Positions 34,838 to 35,189 of a DNA stretch of 35,189 bases are shown here, piece after piece; positions within the stretch are counted from its first letter, which is position 1; each line of letters begins with the position of its first letter. The notes beneath the pieces were generated by a model. It saw nothing but the letters and a program-made list of their open reading frames with translations, was not told the DNA's origin and did no database searches. A program made the position numbers and the translations under genes. Source of the stretch: Betaproteobacteria bacterium (lineage in GTDB: Bacteria > Pseudomonadota > Gammaproteobacteria > Burkholderiales > SG8-41); assembly GCA_021414185.1 (NCBI GenBank), contig JAIOOZ010000038.1, positions 1 through 35,189 of the forward strand, written 5' to 3'.

Positions 34838-35189
34838 CTAGCGCTTCTGCTCGAGAAGCCCGGCTTGCTTGACCAGCTTCGAGAACTTCGCGAATTCGCT
34901 GCCGATGAACTTGGCAAATTCTTCGGGTGTGCCGCTTTCCAATTCATAACTCTGCGCGGCGAAACGCTCCCTGATTTCGGGCAGCGCCAGGATCGCGATG
35001 ACCTCTCTGTTGAGTGTCGTGATGAGCGCACGCGGCGTTCCCCGCGGTACGACAACGCCTTGCCATTGCAAGACTTCATATCCGGGGACGCCGGACTCGA
35101 TGAACGTTGGAACTTCCGGCAGCGTGGGTATGCGCTTGGCGGTCGTGATGCCGAGAACCTTCAGTTTCCCCGCCTTGATCATCGGCAAC
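34838..35189 (-). CDS. Second Bug/TctC-family binding protein, C-terminal part, truncated by window edge
   Basis: GKLKVLG...LPEVPTFIESG.PGYE...W.G...P.GTP; TPEEF. Confidence 0.88.
   Translation of the reverse strand, partial: LPMIKAGKLKVLGITTAKRIPTLPEVPTFIESGVPGYEVLQWQGVVVPRGTPRALITTLNREVIAILALPEIRERFAAQSYELESGTPEEFAKFIGSEFAKFSKLVKQAGLLEQKR

Noticed and set aside
1-35189. CRISPR arrays, tRNA/rRNA genes, transposases, integrases
   Set aside because: None seen; the repeats found are inverted or heptameric, not repeat-spacer arrays.

Overview
GC-rich betaproteobacterial chromosomal window, an inference from FlhDC/FliA-type flagellar gene order and tandem Bug/TctC genes. 1-20 kb is a flagellar cluster: flgL 3' end plus a coupled lipoprotein, fliR-Q-P-O-N-M-L, fliK-J-I-H-G-F, divergent fliE, ycgR brake, a FlhB-C-like/FliK-like pair, fliT-S-D and fliC. 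Between the flg and fli operons is a small, more AT-rich three-gene insert: a DUF4160/DUF2442 putative toxin-antitoxin pair and a hypothetical gene, separated by a degenerate attC-like site. 20-30.4 kb is a signalling island with two tandem paralogous diguanylate cyclases, a NarL regulator, a hybrid kinase with a pseudo-receiver, a PAS-PAS kinase with an Rcp1-like receiver, a degenerate receiver and a REC-PAS-GGDEF-EAL protein. A ~1034-aa tail-anchored protein of 14-residue helical repeats and two TctC genes follow. The most notable observation is a shared promoter geometry (10-bp arm, N14, 10-bp arm, N23-24, -10; FlhDC-like) upstream of fliL, fliF, fliE and ycgR that recurs upstream of the small cyclase and the giant repeat gene. 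Clear sigma-28 promoters precede fliC, the large cyclase and the PAS kinase. This suggests the island and the uncharacterised repeat protein are wired into the flagellar hierarchy. A palindromic REP/MITE-like element also lies in-frame in the 5' end of fliP. All calls come from reading motifs by eye; no searches were run.
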